This document shows positions 13,079 to 27,589 of a DNA stretch of 64,000 nt, piece after piece. Origin of the DNA: Octopus vulgaris (lineage: Eukaryota); NCBI GenBank assembly GCA_951406725.2, contig OX597821.1, forward strand, positions 93,248,001 through 93,312,000, written 5' to 3'. The position numbers and the translations under genes were made by a program. The notes beneath the pieces were generated by a model. That model had not been told where the DNA came from. It ran no database searches and saw only the letters and a program-made list of their open reading frames with translations. The stretch's first letter is position 1, and every line of letters begins with the position of its first letter.

Positions 13079-13275
13079 GGTGGCTTCGCAACGAATCAGC
13101 CTCGCTTTCTAAAAACCACAGAAGAGTTAGTGACGAGTACTGATGGTTGATGAAAACTGGTTCCCGATGCAAATATATTTATCCTTTTTCCAGTGACGGA
13201 AAGTCACTGATCTCGAGAAAGTGTAAACATGAAATAATAAATCTCTGAGCGAGGTATAAATAGTAGCTGCATGAC

Positions 13276-13504
13276 ATCGTGAAGTATATTTGCCATTTAA
13301 ATGTGGCTAACCCTTAAGGGTGAATACTACTGTAGCTTGTAGCCCTAGGAGGACACCTTCGCCAGCTGGCTATTGACACACTTTCTGTTTGACACACGCT
13401 GATAAAGGGTCAATACCCAGAAACTCGAGTCCGTTTGTATCATGTCATGTTGAAAATGAAATGGATGGCTTCCCTTTGCAAATACCGATAGGGCACAGAG
13501 AAAG
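13276..13504. repeat. Dispersed repeat, copy 2, distal ~115 bp inverted relative to copy 1
   Basis: 13389-13504 is the reverse complement of 11045-11158. Confidence 0.85.
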
Positions 13505-14083
13505 GGAGCTGCAGTCTGGGAAGTTAGGTGCCCAGATGTCAGGGGTGAGGCAGTTGCAGAAGTTATTTGACAGCCATGACTGGGTTCTCCTGCTTGTGTG
13601 GCATGGTGCAGAGTTCTGTTTCCAGGTATAGGGACTGCCAGCAGCCACCGTCTTGACCAAGGGCAGTACCACCTCCTCCAGGTACTTGATCTAGGCGTCT
13701 GTATTGAGTCTGAGGTCATGTGGGAAGATGAACAGAGGCATAAAATCATCATCAATAGTGATCACTCTACACACTATGATGTTAACTGGATTTTTATCAC
13801 TCTCGGTACATGTCCTCAGATTGCATTGTCCTCAGATTGTCCTCAGATTGACACCCAAACACATTGAAATGCTCATATTGGAGCTTCCGGCACAATTACC
13901 AAGCAGTACAGCATGTCATTTCCAAATTTCTGGCAGAGTGAATTCTGTCATGGTGCTATTTTTCTCACAGATGGTGTCCAACAAACCCTGCTATACTCTA
14001 TAGTCGACAAAATCAAAAACAAACAATACACATGCATGAAATTAAAACTGTAAATTTAACTGTATGTATGTATGTATGTATGT

Positions 14084-14156
<73 letters not shown>

Positions 14157-14932
14157 AACAGATATTGATATACATATGAATGTATGCATGTATATATATA
14201 TATATATAGTATATATGTATATACATATATCTATGTAATATACATATATATATATATAGACGACTATATATATATATACGACTAAATATATACAACTAAA
14301 TATATATACATATATATATACATACATACACATTTATATATGTATGACATTTCCATCTTCATTACAATCTGATTTAGTTAACCAACTTACCTAATATCAG
14401 CACTTTGCTTACATAAATATCCATATCAGTTTTATGACTATCAACCACTAACGACTATATCTACTTTATGACCACTTAATACTGTAGCTAATTGGTTTGT
14501 GAAAAATCTATATCAAGCCCTGACATAAATATAGTGATTTAGTTCTAAATTTGTATATATAACAGCTTTAAAACACTATCTTTATAATCTTATATCATTA
14601 TATTAATTCGGCATGTCAGATATCACACAGATGGTTGCCTCTGATCAAGAATGATCAAACACTGCACAGTTCAACAAACTAGCTGCTGTTGTTGTTGTCA
14701 TTGTTGATGTTGTTGCTGTTGGTGTCATCACTGTTGGAGTTGTTGTTTAGCTTCAAATCTGGATGATCTAACACACCTATGAGAAAATACATTCCAGTGA
14801 TGATCAACCTGTGTTTTAATAAAGGTCCAAAAAGCCTAAAGGTTTATCTTAAGCCCTAGAACTCACAAGGCTAGTTCTCAGTTTCCATGGCATACAAGTG
14901 ACCAAGATCACAACATTCACAAATATAATTCT

Positions 14933-15262
14933 GGAGATGTACTTGCATAGCAAGTAACTTGACCTGAGATCATGTGCTGGAACAGAAACAATGAAAAAAT
15001 TGCAGCATGGTAGGTGTTTATAAGCCATTTAAAAACACATAAAAACCATTAGATTCACTTCAACATTTAAATTTAATTTGTCGGAATATTTTCGTTGCTT
15101 TGAAGCCGCAAACTGTTCAGATGCAGCACGGAATTTTGTCAATGGACAGGTTGCAGTTTCAAAGTAACGAAAGTATTTTGACAAATTAAATTTAAATGTT
15201 GAAGTGAATCCAAAGGTTTTTGTGTGTTTTTAAATGGCTTATAAACACCTTTCATGCTGCAG
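14933..15262. mobile_element. Fold-back/MITE-like insertion with ~115-bp inverted arms and a 10-bp flanking direct repeat
   Basis: Arms TGCAGCATGGTAGGTGTTTATAAGCCATTTAAAAACAC... (15001) and ...GTGTTTTTAAATGGCTTATAAACACCTTTCATGCTGCA (15261); ATATAATTCT at 14923-14932 and 15263-15272. Confidence 0.75.
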
Positions 15263-15300
15263 ATATAATTCTTATTTCTTACAAACAGGTATGGAAGCCT

Positions 15301-15458
15301 TCAGGAGTGGCTGTGTGGTAAGTAGCTTGCTAACCAACCACATGGTTCTGGGTTCAGTCCCACAGCGTGGCATCTTGGGCAAGTGTCTTCTGCTATAGCC
15401 CCGGGCCGACCAATGCCTTGTGAGTGGATTTGGTAGACAGAAACTGAAAGAAGCCTGT

Positions 15459-15519
<61 letters not shown>

Positions 15520-15745
15520 ATGTGTTTATGTGTCTGTGTTTGTCTCCCTAGCATTGCTTGACAACCGATGCTGGTGTGTTTATGTCCCTGTCATTTAGCA
15601 GTTTGGCAAAAGAGACCGATAGAATAAGTACTGGGCTTACAAAGAATAAGTTCTGGGGTCGATTTGCTCGACTAAAGGCGGTGCTCCAGCATGGCCGCAG
15701 TCAAATGACTGAAACAAGTAAAAGAGTAAAAGAGTAAAAGAGTAA
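15301..15745 (+). mobile_element. SINE family A, full length
   Basis: Head, internal (TA)n and (TAAAAGAG)3 tail. Confidence 0.9.
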
Positions 15746-16239
15746 TTAATCAATTAACATATTTGCATTTATCCTAAGTAATCAGCAGTGGTGCCCCAGC
15801 ATGGCCGCGGCCTTCGAGCTAAAATGTTTTTAAGGATTTAAGGATTTAACTGTATTAGAAAAAATGACACATAGAGAGACAATGATCATTCAAAATTTGG
15901 CAATTTTAAAATACTTAAAAAGCAATGACAAGCATCTGCCTGGCCTGGGAACTGAAACCATGATGCTACAGTCAAGAGTGCAACACCACAACTGCTGGGT
16001 CGCATGCCCTGACTTTTTTAATATTTCTGCTCTAGATGCCTTTCTTAAAGTTATACAGAGCTAAATTAACTAATGTAGGTTATCCATTTTAAGATAGTGG
16101 GGGGATGTAATTTGATAGAACTATGACTGTCATTTTTGATCCCTTGCATGTATGCATGCACATATGTATGTATGTACATATGTACAAATCTGCAGATGCA
16201 TTAACACCAAATACTGCACATATACATACATACAAAAAT

Positions 16240-16505
16240 ATTCTGTTGATGTTGAAATTCCAATGAAGGAGCCTTTTAGCCCAGCCAAAGATCTACAATG
16301 TCTTGTACAGAATTGGCAACTAAAACCTTTACTGGTAATAGCCGGCTGTAGTTGTAACTGGGCTTCATGTACCTTTGCATGTTCGTTTAAGTCCTCCTGC
16401 CGAATTACACTCTTGGGCAAGTTCTTGCTATAGCCCTGGGCCAACCAATGCCTTGTGAGTGGATTTGGTAGATGGAAATTGAAAGAAGCCTGTCGTATAT
16501 ATGTG

Positions 16506-16536
<31 letters not shown>

Positions 16537-16795
16537 GTATGTGTGTGTAGAGTTGTTTCAAGACTCTTCTCTCTGTGTCAGCGATTCCCTTCCTGACATG
16601 TGCAACACAAGATTTCTCAAACATGTCCCCTCATGCACAATCCTTCTCCACCTGCTACGATCAATAACTATGCCTTCCCATGTGTCAGGAGATGCATTGC
16701 TTGACATACGTACAAATCTGATGCTGGTTGATGTTGAAATTTCAATGAAGGAGCGATTTGGATTAGAAACCAACTCCTTCTCTTTGGCAAGAAAT
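16240..16795 (-). mobile_element. RTE-clade LINE 3' fragment interrupted by a SINE A fragment
   Basis: Minus-strand peptides DTWEGIVIDRSRWRRIVHEG and FSCQFCTRHCRSLAGL resemble the RTE/BovB ORF C-terminus. Confidence 0.65.
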
Positions 16796-16821
16796 CTTTA
16801 AATAAAAGTGAACAATAAACA

Positions 16822-17087
16822 TAGGCGGTGTGTGGTAGTAGCGGTTGGTTCAGTCTCAATCTTGGGCAAGTGTCTTCTACTATAGCCCCGGGCCGACCAA
16901 TGCCTTGTGAGTGGATTTGTGACCGATGTCGTATATATGTAATATATATGTACTGGGCTGGTGTGTTTACGTCCCGTTAAAAAAGAATAAGACCCGGGGG
17001 TCGAGTTGCTCGATTAAAGGCGGTGCTCCAGCATGGCCGCAGTCAAATGACTGAAACAAGTAAAAGAGTAAAAGAGTAAAAGAGTAA
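16822..17087 (+). mobile_element. SINE family A with internal deletions
   Basis: Head and tail intact; several internal gaps. Confidence 0.8.
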
Positions 17088-17195
17088 GAACATTCAAAGA
17101 ATGCAAGCCTCTGCCAAGGCAACACCAACATCCTCTCCACGATTAGCTGGAGAATTAAAATGAGAATATCTGAAATAAACTCGACTCCTCTCACA

Positions 17196-17445
17196 AACAA
17201 GAATACTAAAAATGAACCCAACTGCTCTCAAAAATTAAATAAAAAAAGCAAGAAAAATAATCCTGAATCTTTATCCGGTACCGGATCGATCACAGAATCT
17301 AATCAGTTCATGCTAGTTATGAGGCCAAAAATCTCTGAAAGTTTCATCTGAATCTATTCAGCAGTTCTTGAGATATCTTTTCCATAAACAAACAAACAAA
17401 TGTGACTGAAACAATACCTCGCCTTTGCTAAGGTGGAGGTAATAA
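17196..17445 (+). mobile_element. Helentron-associated-like non-autonomous element
   Basis: Internal palindrome ATCCGGTACCGGAT, AAGTTTCAT motif, (CAAA)n and terminal hairpin ACCTCGCCTTTGCTAAGGTGGAGGT-AAT; classification recalled from family architecture, not searched. Confidence 0.5.
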
Positions 17446-17461
17446 TGACATACATACATAC

Positions 17462-17968
17462 ATAGGTGGCTGCCCCCTCGTTATCGAGTATGGCCATTGC
17501 ACGAAGCTTAATCAATGTTGTTAGCATGCAATGCCTGTGCAAGAAGATTTTTTTTAAAGTGAGGAAAGGCTGTGCACTGAGTCAAACCCACTCACTAAGC
17601 AACAGCAGTCATAATCCGAAAAGTAGAACAAGTCAACATCATCGGTAACCACTGAGCCGCAGGTTTTATGTCAGAGTTATCCCAGTTACCTGAGTTACCT
17701 TCTCCTAGAAGGATGCCCTAACAAAGGCTAAGAGTCCTTCACTCCCAATGTTATAACCGCGCGATCGGGTATTCAGTCCGATTTTTTCTATGTCCCCGCG
17801 CATGATCCAGCCTTAACACATTTATTGGATGGCCGTTGACTCTCAAGAGTACCTCCGCCCTTTGACCTGTTTTGTTTTTCATCCCGCAGGGTGTCCAATA
17901 AACATCCTCCTCACCAAGCAAGCTTCGTGGGGTTGCTGGTTTAGTCGCCGATGACCCGACCATGCAAC
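17462..17968 (-). mobile_element. Probable RTE-derived bipartite non-autonomous element in a (TACA)n tract
   Basis: GC-richer block flanked by (CATA)n; minus-strand 5' GGCGACTAAACCAGCAACCCC...GGTCAAAGGGCGGAGG resembles RTE 5' UTR/Ceph-type domains (inference). Confidence 0.45.
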
Positions 17969-18859
17969 ATACATACATACATACATACATACACACATAC
18001 ATACATAAATACATACATACATACATACATACATACATACATACATACATACATACATACATACATGCTATGGACATTTTAGCTTCTCTGTAAAAAATCC
18101 ATGCATAAAGCTTTATTCAGTCTAGCTTATAGTAGAAGACACCTGTACAAAAGGATGCACAGTGGGTCTGAACTAAGAATTACATGGTTATGAAACTAAC
18201 TTCTTAATCACAGAGTTACATTTATGCTCATGTGTATTTGTAGGTGCACATATGTAAATATAGAAGGATGGGTAGATAGACAGACACATCTCATAAGATA
18301 TATGATATCTCTATGAACTTCCAACTTACTGACTAAAACATGACACAATATCTATCTACATATAAATAAATATACACTGGCAGAATGAAACATTCGTCGG
18401 ATGTCTTCTATGTATTAAAAAACATACTGCACTCATTGCTGATACAGTCCACTAACCAATAGAACTAGTTTCAATATCGTAAAAAAAATTATCAACCTCT
18501 AAACTCTATACTGCCCAGTATTATAATTCTGTTAAAGGTTTTCGCATAGATCAAATTCTTACAGAGTTTTGCATCATCAATTTCAAAAAAAAATATGGAT
18601 AAAATAAAGAGCAATGTAGTGAAGTGTGAATGAGTCACAACTTTATTTGATTTCAAAATCTTCTCGACCGGATTCGAATACTGTACGAGTATACTGACTT
18701 TTTCTTTTAATGTTGTTTACAGGTAATGAGAGAGAGAGAGAGAGAGGGGGGAAGAAAAAGAGAGACATGGTAAGGTAAGATATGTGATTGGTGCAGCAGT
18801 AATGATAAAAGTGGTGGGTGTTGGTACTACAGTTTTCTGATATGTAAATATGTGAATTA

Positions 18860-20970
<2,111 letters not shown>

Positions 20971-21201
20971 GCTTAGAGAAATAACTCAAAATGGCCAGTA
21001 GCATCTATTTGAAGAACATAGAGAAATACAGGTATATCAAATACCATACACCAAAAGTTATATGAGTCTCTAGCGCAATGATACTCAACTGGGTTCATTA
21101 TGACCTCTGGGGGTTTATATAAGATTCTGGGGTCCACACAAGCACATAGTAAACTGGGGATGCACAGTTTTATTTTAAATGTCTATATGAGTGCTGGATA
21201 T

Positions 21202-21608
21202 AAGGCGCAGGAGTGGCTGTGTGGTAAGTAGCTTGCTTACCAACCACATGGTTCCGGGTTCAGTCCCACTTCGTGGTACCTTGGGCAAGTGTTTTCTACT
21301 ATAGCCTCGAGCCGACCAAAGCCTTGTGAGTGGATTTGGTAGACGGAAACTGAAAGAAGCCCATCATATATATGTATATATGCGCGTGTGTGTTTGTGTG
21401 TCTGTGTTTGTTCCCCTAGCATTGCTTGACAACCGATGCTGGTGTGTTTATGGCCCTGTTACTTAGCGGTTCGGCAAAAAGAGACTGATAGAATAAGTAC
21501 TGGGCTTACAAAACAATAAGTCCCGGGGTCGAGTTGCTCGATTAAAAGGCGGTGCTCCAGCATGGCCGCAGTCAAAATGACTGAAACAAGTAAAAGAGTA
21601 AAAGAGAG
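21202..21608 (+). mobile_element. SINE family A, full length
   Basis: Complete head AGGCGCAGGAGTGGCTGTGTGG through the tail. Confidence 0.9.
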
Positions 21609-21864
21609 TATGAGGATGATGATGGATTCCAATATTTTAAATCTAAGTTTGTCCCCATTAATAGGGGTGGCTGAATCTACCTCATTCATACCAGCAACTG
21701 CTCTTGATTTAAATGTATCGATCGCAAGAAACTGCTTGGTTTCTTTCTCTAACATTTTACATAGTTCGACCTATGCAGGTCAATATGTGAATAGCAAAAT
21801 AGGTATTTTGAAAGAAATATCTATAAAACTAGTTTGTAAACTTCGAACGGCTAGGGAAGAGGAG

Positions 21865-22130
21865 TGCTGTAAATGTAGGGCTTAGTCAAGAGCTGTATTT
21901 TGAGAAGTTGAAACTTGCGTATGTCTTACAGGTTATGTAAATGCTTGAAGGGGTTCGTCTAGTGATTCTGGGCAGGAGAATACCTTTCAGCATTTTGATT
22001 TCCAAGCTTTCTAGCAGGCTCAAGCTGCACTGTTTTCCACTTTGGGAATGAGAGCTAGCTCTGAAAACTAATTTTCTACTGGGGGTTTAAAATACAGATT
22101 TGGTTTTGCTTTACAGGTGGTAGCGTAAAA
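21865..22130 (-). repeat. Old dispersed repeat (probable LINE ORF2 remnant); paralog at 26310-26575
   Basis: Shared blocks GTATTTTGAGAAGTTGAAACTTG, TTTCCAAGCTTTCTA and GAGCTAGCTCTGAAAACT; the minus-strand peptide is only weakly LINE-like. Confidence 0.55.
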
Positions 22131-24523
22131 TAATAATCAAAGGGGATCATAAGTCAAAAAGAAAGTGGTTTGGAACATCTTCTCTAGAGGATGTGTTATA
22201 TTTGTTAAATAGTAATGAAAGGCAGATCCAGAATGTGAAGGAAGAGATTATCTGCCAAAGTTGAAATGTTCTTAAGGAAAGGACAGGCTTATTGCCTGGA
22301 GGTAAGAGGACAGCCATGAATTCTGTCACTTTACTTAAAGACAACTTTGGAGAATTCTTGATTTTTTAGATTATCTCCCCTTTTCATGTCAAATATGTTG
22401 TTGATTTTGTCCACATTACTTAAAATTTCATAGATTCAATCAGTCAACCTTTGACATAGTTGAACAACCAATCTCAACCAATTGAGATTCACAGTACAAG
22501 TTGTACTATGCATCCTTTCAGCCACTGAATACAAAACATGTTAAGGGTCAGATGGTGACTCGTGAAAATCTCCTAAACAGAATGGCAAGCAGGGTCCACC
22601 AGAGTAAACTACTCGTCAAAAGGGTCCATAGTTAAAGAAAAATGGTTGAGAACCCTGATCTAGAGGTTGTGTTATAAATGCTAAATAGCAATGAAATGTT
22701 TGGGTACAGAGAGCTTTCATACAGATTTTGAAAAAGTAGACAGAAAGAAACTTAATAAATGGGTCAGGAAGATAAATGATATCACAGGTGATATCAGGAC
22801 TGACAACATCACAGACACTAACAATCTGATAAATGCAATCTCGATCTTTATAGCCCGGAAGTTAGGTTTGAAAGCCAAAGGTAACTGTCAACATAGCCTG
22901 AAGAAACTATGGTGGTAAAGGGGAATAAAGCAGTCTATTAACGAGACCAGAAAGCATGTTAATATTCTGGAATGGAAAAAGAGAAATGAAGTCCAGCGAG
23001 AGAAATATGTTGAGCTAGAGAGGAAGTATAGGGTGAAGAGAAAAGGAATCAATGTTGTGATTGGAGAATTAAAACAGATGTTGAAAGCTAAAGCACATAA
23101 ACTAAAGAGATATGAACAGGGGATTGAGCAGTACAGATTAAACAGATTTTTCGAACAAAATCAGAAACGAGTCTATCAGGAATTTGATAGGAATGAAAAA
23201 GGTGGAAAAGCCATACCGGATGCTGAAGAAAGTAAAAGATTCTGATCAAACATATGCTCTCAGGAGAAACAACACGAAACTGAAGCAGAGTCGTTAAAGA
23301 CACTCAAAGAGAAGAGTGTAGAGTATCAGCAGGGGGAATTGAGAATAACCGAGGGGATGAGTAGAGATCAGTGCAGGAAAATTCCTAACTGGAAAGTGCC
23401 TATCCCAGATGGGGTTCTGGGCTTTTGGCTTAAAAACTTGACAGCTCTGCTCAGGAGAAATGCGAGACATCTGGACAAAATACTGAATAGTGACATTCAA
23501 GTACTGGCCTGGATGACAAAAGGAAGAACGCTACTATGCCAGAAGGACCCAAGTAAAGGGAATGCGGTTGGAAATTTCCGACCAATATCTTGTTTGCCAC
23601 TGATGTGGAAACTGATGACGGACATTATATCAAATAGTATCTATAAGTACCAAGATGAGAACGATCTACCACCAGTGGAACAAAAAGGGTGTAGACGTAA
23701 GAGTAGAAGAACGAAGAATCAATTACTAACCGATGGGACTATCCTGACAGATTGCAAGAAGAGACACAAAAATTTAACGATGGCATGGATAGATACAGGA
23801 ACGCATATGACATGGTCCCACACTCTTGGATTATTGAATGCCTTAAACTACTTAAGGTCTTACACAATATCCTGAAGCTAATGCAAAACTCAATGACAAC
23901 GTAACGAACTGAACTCAAAGCATGGGGGGATTAGCTAGGAGAGGTAAATATCAAAAGAGGAATATTTCAAGGAGACAGTCTGTCACCTCTCCTTTTTATC
24001 GTCTGCATTCTGCCGCTGACGAGTGTTTGAAGAAAGATGCATGTGGGATACATGATTAGGCAGGATGAAAGTAAGCAACCTGCGGTTTATTGATGACCTA
24101 AAACTATTCGCTAAGACCGAGAAAGAAATTGAGAGTTTCACGGCAACTGTGCAGAGGATTAGCATAAATATTGGCATGGAATTTGGGATCAAGAAATGTG
24201 GTGTAGTGGTTCTCAAAAGGGGGAAATTCAGTAAAAGTCATGGGATCAAGCTGGGAAGTGGTGAAACTATAAGGGAAGTCGAAGAGGAAGGATATTAGTA
24301 CCTGGGTATCATTGAAAGAGATAAGAGGAATGAACACAAAATGAAAGAAATGTACAGGAAAGAGCTTTGAGCAGAACTCAGCTTGTGCTTTAATTGAAGC
24401 TTAAATGGCCGCTATAAGATCAGTGCAATTAACACGTGGGTTGTTGCTTTGATGAGATATGTAACAGGAATAGTATCTTAGTATGTGACAGAATAGTACC
24501 TTAGAAAGACCGGAGAACACGTA

Positions 24524-25793
24524 CGAGGGGCGTTCAATAAGTAATGCCCCTGACCCACTTCCCATAGCAGTAGAGCAACGACACTTGGCACAGTAATTAG
24601 TCTTTTCCTACATAGGAACTACCCAGAGTTATGCATTTCTCCCATCGTTTGATACAGCTCTGGAGACCGTTTTTGTAGAAGACCCCAGCTTGGTCCTCCA
24701 ACCACGACGTGACTTCAGAAATCAAGGCTGCATCATCTGGGAAACGCTTTCCTTTCAAAATCAACTTCATGGCTGGGAAGAGGTGAAAATCAGAGGGTGC
24801 AAGGGGAGGAGTTCATAGCTGCACGCCTGTGCTTCTGATCTGGCGACACGCGAGTTGTGGACCGGAGCGTTGTCCTGCAGGAGGAGGATGCCTTTGCTGA
24901 TCTTGCCCCGCCTCTTAATTTTGATAGCTTCTCTTAATTTCCTCAAAAGTGAAGCATAATAGGCTCCTGTAATTGTGGTACCCTTTGCCAGGAAATCTGT
25001 CATCACTACTCCGTCCTGGTCCCAGAAGACTGTGAGCATGACCTTGTCAGCGGAGGGCTGCACCCTTGCCTTCTTTGGAGGAGGTGAGTCACGGTGCTTT
25101 CACTGCATTGACTGGGCTTTGGTCTATGGATCATAGTGATGGACCCAGGTTTTATCCTGTGTGATCAGTCTTTTGAAAAATTTTGACTCATCTTCTTGGC
25201 ACATCTCCAAATTCATCCTCGAGCACTCAACGCGTTCTTGCTTCTGGAAAGGTGTGAGCAACCTGGAAATCCATCTGGCAGACACCTTTTGCATATGCAA
25301 ATGGTCATGAATGATAGTTTCCACAGACCCGGTACTAATCTTGACCTTATGGGCTATTTGGCGAATAGTTATGCGTTGACCTTCCAAAATGGCAGCCTCA
25401 ACTTGACGGACAGACGTCTCATCAACGGCAGAAGGGGGCGACCAGATCTGGGAGCTGTTTCCACAGAGTTCCGACTATGTTTGAATTCACAATGCCAGCG
25501 TTTTACAAGGTCATATGATGGGGCATCATCACCATAAGTTACTTTCATTTCATCAAAAGTCTCCCGTGGTGTGCGTCCTTTCAAATACAAAAACCAGATC
25601 ACTGCTCGACACTCAACAGGCTCCATTTCACACTTGACTCAGTTCAAACACCTGTAAATCAGAAACCACAATTAGTTCAGAGCTGTAATTCGCCACTTAA
25701 TCTATAGAGGTATAAATAAGTGCACATGCAAAATTTCAGCTAGATCTAACAAATGCAAGTGGGTCAGAGGCATTACTTATTGAACGCCCCTCG
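24524..25793 (-). mobile_element. Full-length (1270 bp) defective mariner transposon with TA TSD
   Basis: TIRs CGAGGGGCGTTCAATAAGTAATGCC.CTGACCCACTT at both ends; TA at 24522-24523 and 25794-25795. Confidence 0.97.
24597..25626 (-). pseudogene. Mariner DD34D transposase pseudogene
   Basis: MEPVECRAVIWFL..RSGRP, SARWISRLL (WVPHEL-like), ITQDKTWVHHYDP, LLQDNAPVH, LAPSDFHLF and KRWEKCITLGGSYV; has frameshifts, a stop codon and a deletion of the HPPYSPD motif. Confidence 0.93.
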
Positions 25794-26309
25794 TAAATTA
25801 CTGACAATGAACAAGGAACTACACCCCAAGAGTGATGTGTCAAGATTGTATGTAAAGAGAGTGAGGACGGGGAATTAGTGTGTTGTAAAGGTTATGTAAA
25901 GGAAGAGGAGAATAGCCTGGCTTGGTATGTCAAGGGGAGTAAAGGATAAATTTTTGAAGCAGTGAAAATGCAGGGAACCTTAAAAGTGAATGAAGCTGTA
26001 GATCCAATACAATTTAGGAAAGACCAGAGAGAGCAGATGAAGAAAATTTGGCAGGACAAGAAAATGCAGTCAGTTCTTGATTAATAAAGATGAGATTGAT
26101 TGGAATAGAATCTGGCAATGTGTAAGCAGATTTTAATGAAATGAATGTGGGAATAGGATCACTACAGATTAAGGTGTAGCTACACCTTAATGAGCGGTTT
26201 TCGTATACAAAGGATGGAGAAATGATAGCTGATAGGAGAATGAGGTAGACTTATAATTGATGGTATCATTAGATTGTATTTGGAGAGAGGAGTTGATAGG
26301 GAAGAGGGA

Positions 26310-26575
26310 TGCTGTAAATTTGAGGCTTAGTAGAAAGCGTATTTTGAGAAGTTGAAACTTGTGTATATCCAACAGGGTTTGTAAACGCTTGAAGGAGTTT
26401 GTCTGGTGATTCTGTGCAAGAAAATATCTTTCAACATTACAATTTCCAAGCTTTCTAACAGGTTCAAGTTGCATCGTTTTCCACTTCGAGAATGGGAGCT
26501 AGCTCTGAAAACTGACTTTCTTCTGGGGGATGCAAAATACGGACTTGGTTTTATTTTATAGGTGGTAAACGCGGT
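26310..26575 (-). repeat. Second copy of the old repeat at 21865-22130
   Basis: Visible alignment of conserved blocks. Confidence 0.6.
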
Positions 26576-27084
26576 TATGTCTTTTAGATCATCAATAGCT
26601 ATAGTCAAAGAGATTTGATAAGATCTGTTGGAGTTATTTTAAAAGAGTAATTGCGACAGTGAAATCGTTTCTTAAAAAAAATCACTTTCTATATAAACCA
26701 AACTACCACCACCAACTTTGTCATTTTCAACGCTGCTTCTTTCACAGCTGTAACCCACAACCTCTCATCTACAATCCTATATCTGTATATAACTACTTTG
26801 TGTATATAACAAGCTGTGATCACAACCCTAAACAGTCAATGTCCTTCACTGAAACAGAATGTGTTTTATAGGACACATTCTTGTGGTTAAAACATACACA
26901 CACGCACGCACACACATACGCGCACACACACACATACACACACACAGAGGCACACACACACACATTTATATATAGAGAGAAAGATTAATGGATATATATA
27001 CACACACCATACGTCCGTGAATAGAAACAGCTGCTGTATATGTATATATATATATATGTGTGTGTGTATATGTATGTGTGTGCC

Positions 27085-27117
<33 letters not shown>

Positions 27118-27543
27118 ATGTGTGTATGCACATCCTTAGATATGTCTGCTAATATGTGTACCGGTATATACAAAAATACACACAACATATATATGAATTT
27201 ATGTATATATATATTTATATATAAAAGCGTACCATGTGTGTAATTGTGTGTGCTGCATACATATAAAATAGAAGTTTGAGAAATGTTTTCTGTCTGCTGC
27301 TTGTCACCTGGATATGAATGTGTAACAGTTCAGAGATTTGCTCTTGTCCTTTTTTCAATTTGCTAGCTATATATTTATTTATTTACGAACTGATTCAATG
27401 TGCATTTAATTAAGATATGATACGCTACTATTTTGTACATTTCTTCCAATGTAGGACAGAGTGTTTATATATTAGGAAAAAAATTATGTATAACTAGGTA
27501 CATTTATATTTAAGGCGTAAATGTTCATGAGAATAATGCTTGT

Positions 27544-27589
<46 letters not shown>

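Larger units (their letters stand above)
11170..13270 (-). mobile_element. Non-LTR (L1/Tx1-like) element carrying only a decayed ORF1 with a zinc knuckle; no ORF2 seen
   Basis: GCCACCATG start at 13078 (MLDGLKKIDEMKTYAEAAQ); ORF pieces 12979-12710 and 12565-11894 with CYRCGLRGHKIKNS (degenerate CX2CX4HX4C) and an E/K-rich tail; 3' end CCTTGTGCCTATAATAAAGAG near 11170. Confidence 0.65.
22690..26120 (+). mobile_element. R4/Dong-clade non-LTR retrotransposon, decayed RT region, split by a mariner
   Basis: Motifs PNWKVPIPDGVLGFWLK, NFRPISCLPLMWKL, EQKGCRRKSR, AWID, RGIFQGDSLSPLLF, FIDDLKLF, GMEFGIKKC; removing the mariner restores DRRTRKLLTMNKELHPKSDVSRLYVKR. Confidence 0.88.

Noticed and set aside
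10940-13504. LTR retrotransposon interpretation of the repeats flanking the zinc-knuckle ORF
   Set aside because: No TG...CA ends, PBS, PPT or TSD found; the internal element has its own AATAAA 3' end.
21077-22657. hAT-like MITE ends (CAATGATACTCAAC ... GGTTGAGAACCCTG)
   Set aside because: The left end is too degenerate and no 8-bp TSD could be verified.
21865-26575. Direct repeats flanking the R4 element taken as LTRs
   Set aside because: Too diverged and not adjacent to the element ends; R4 is a non-LTR element.
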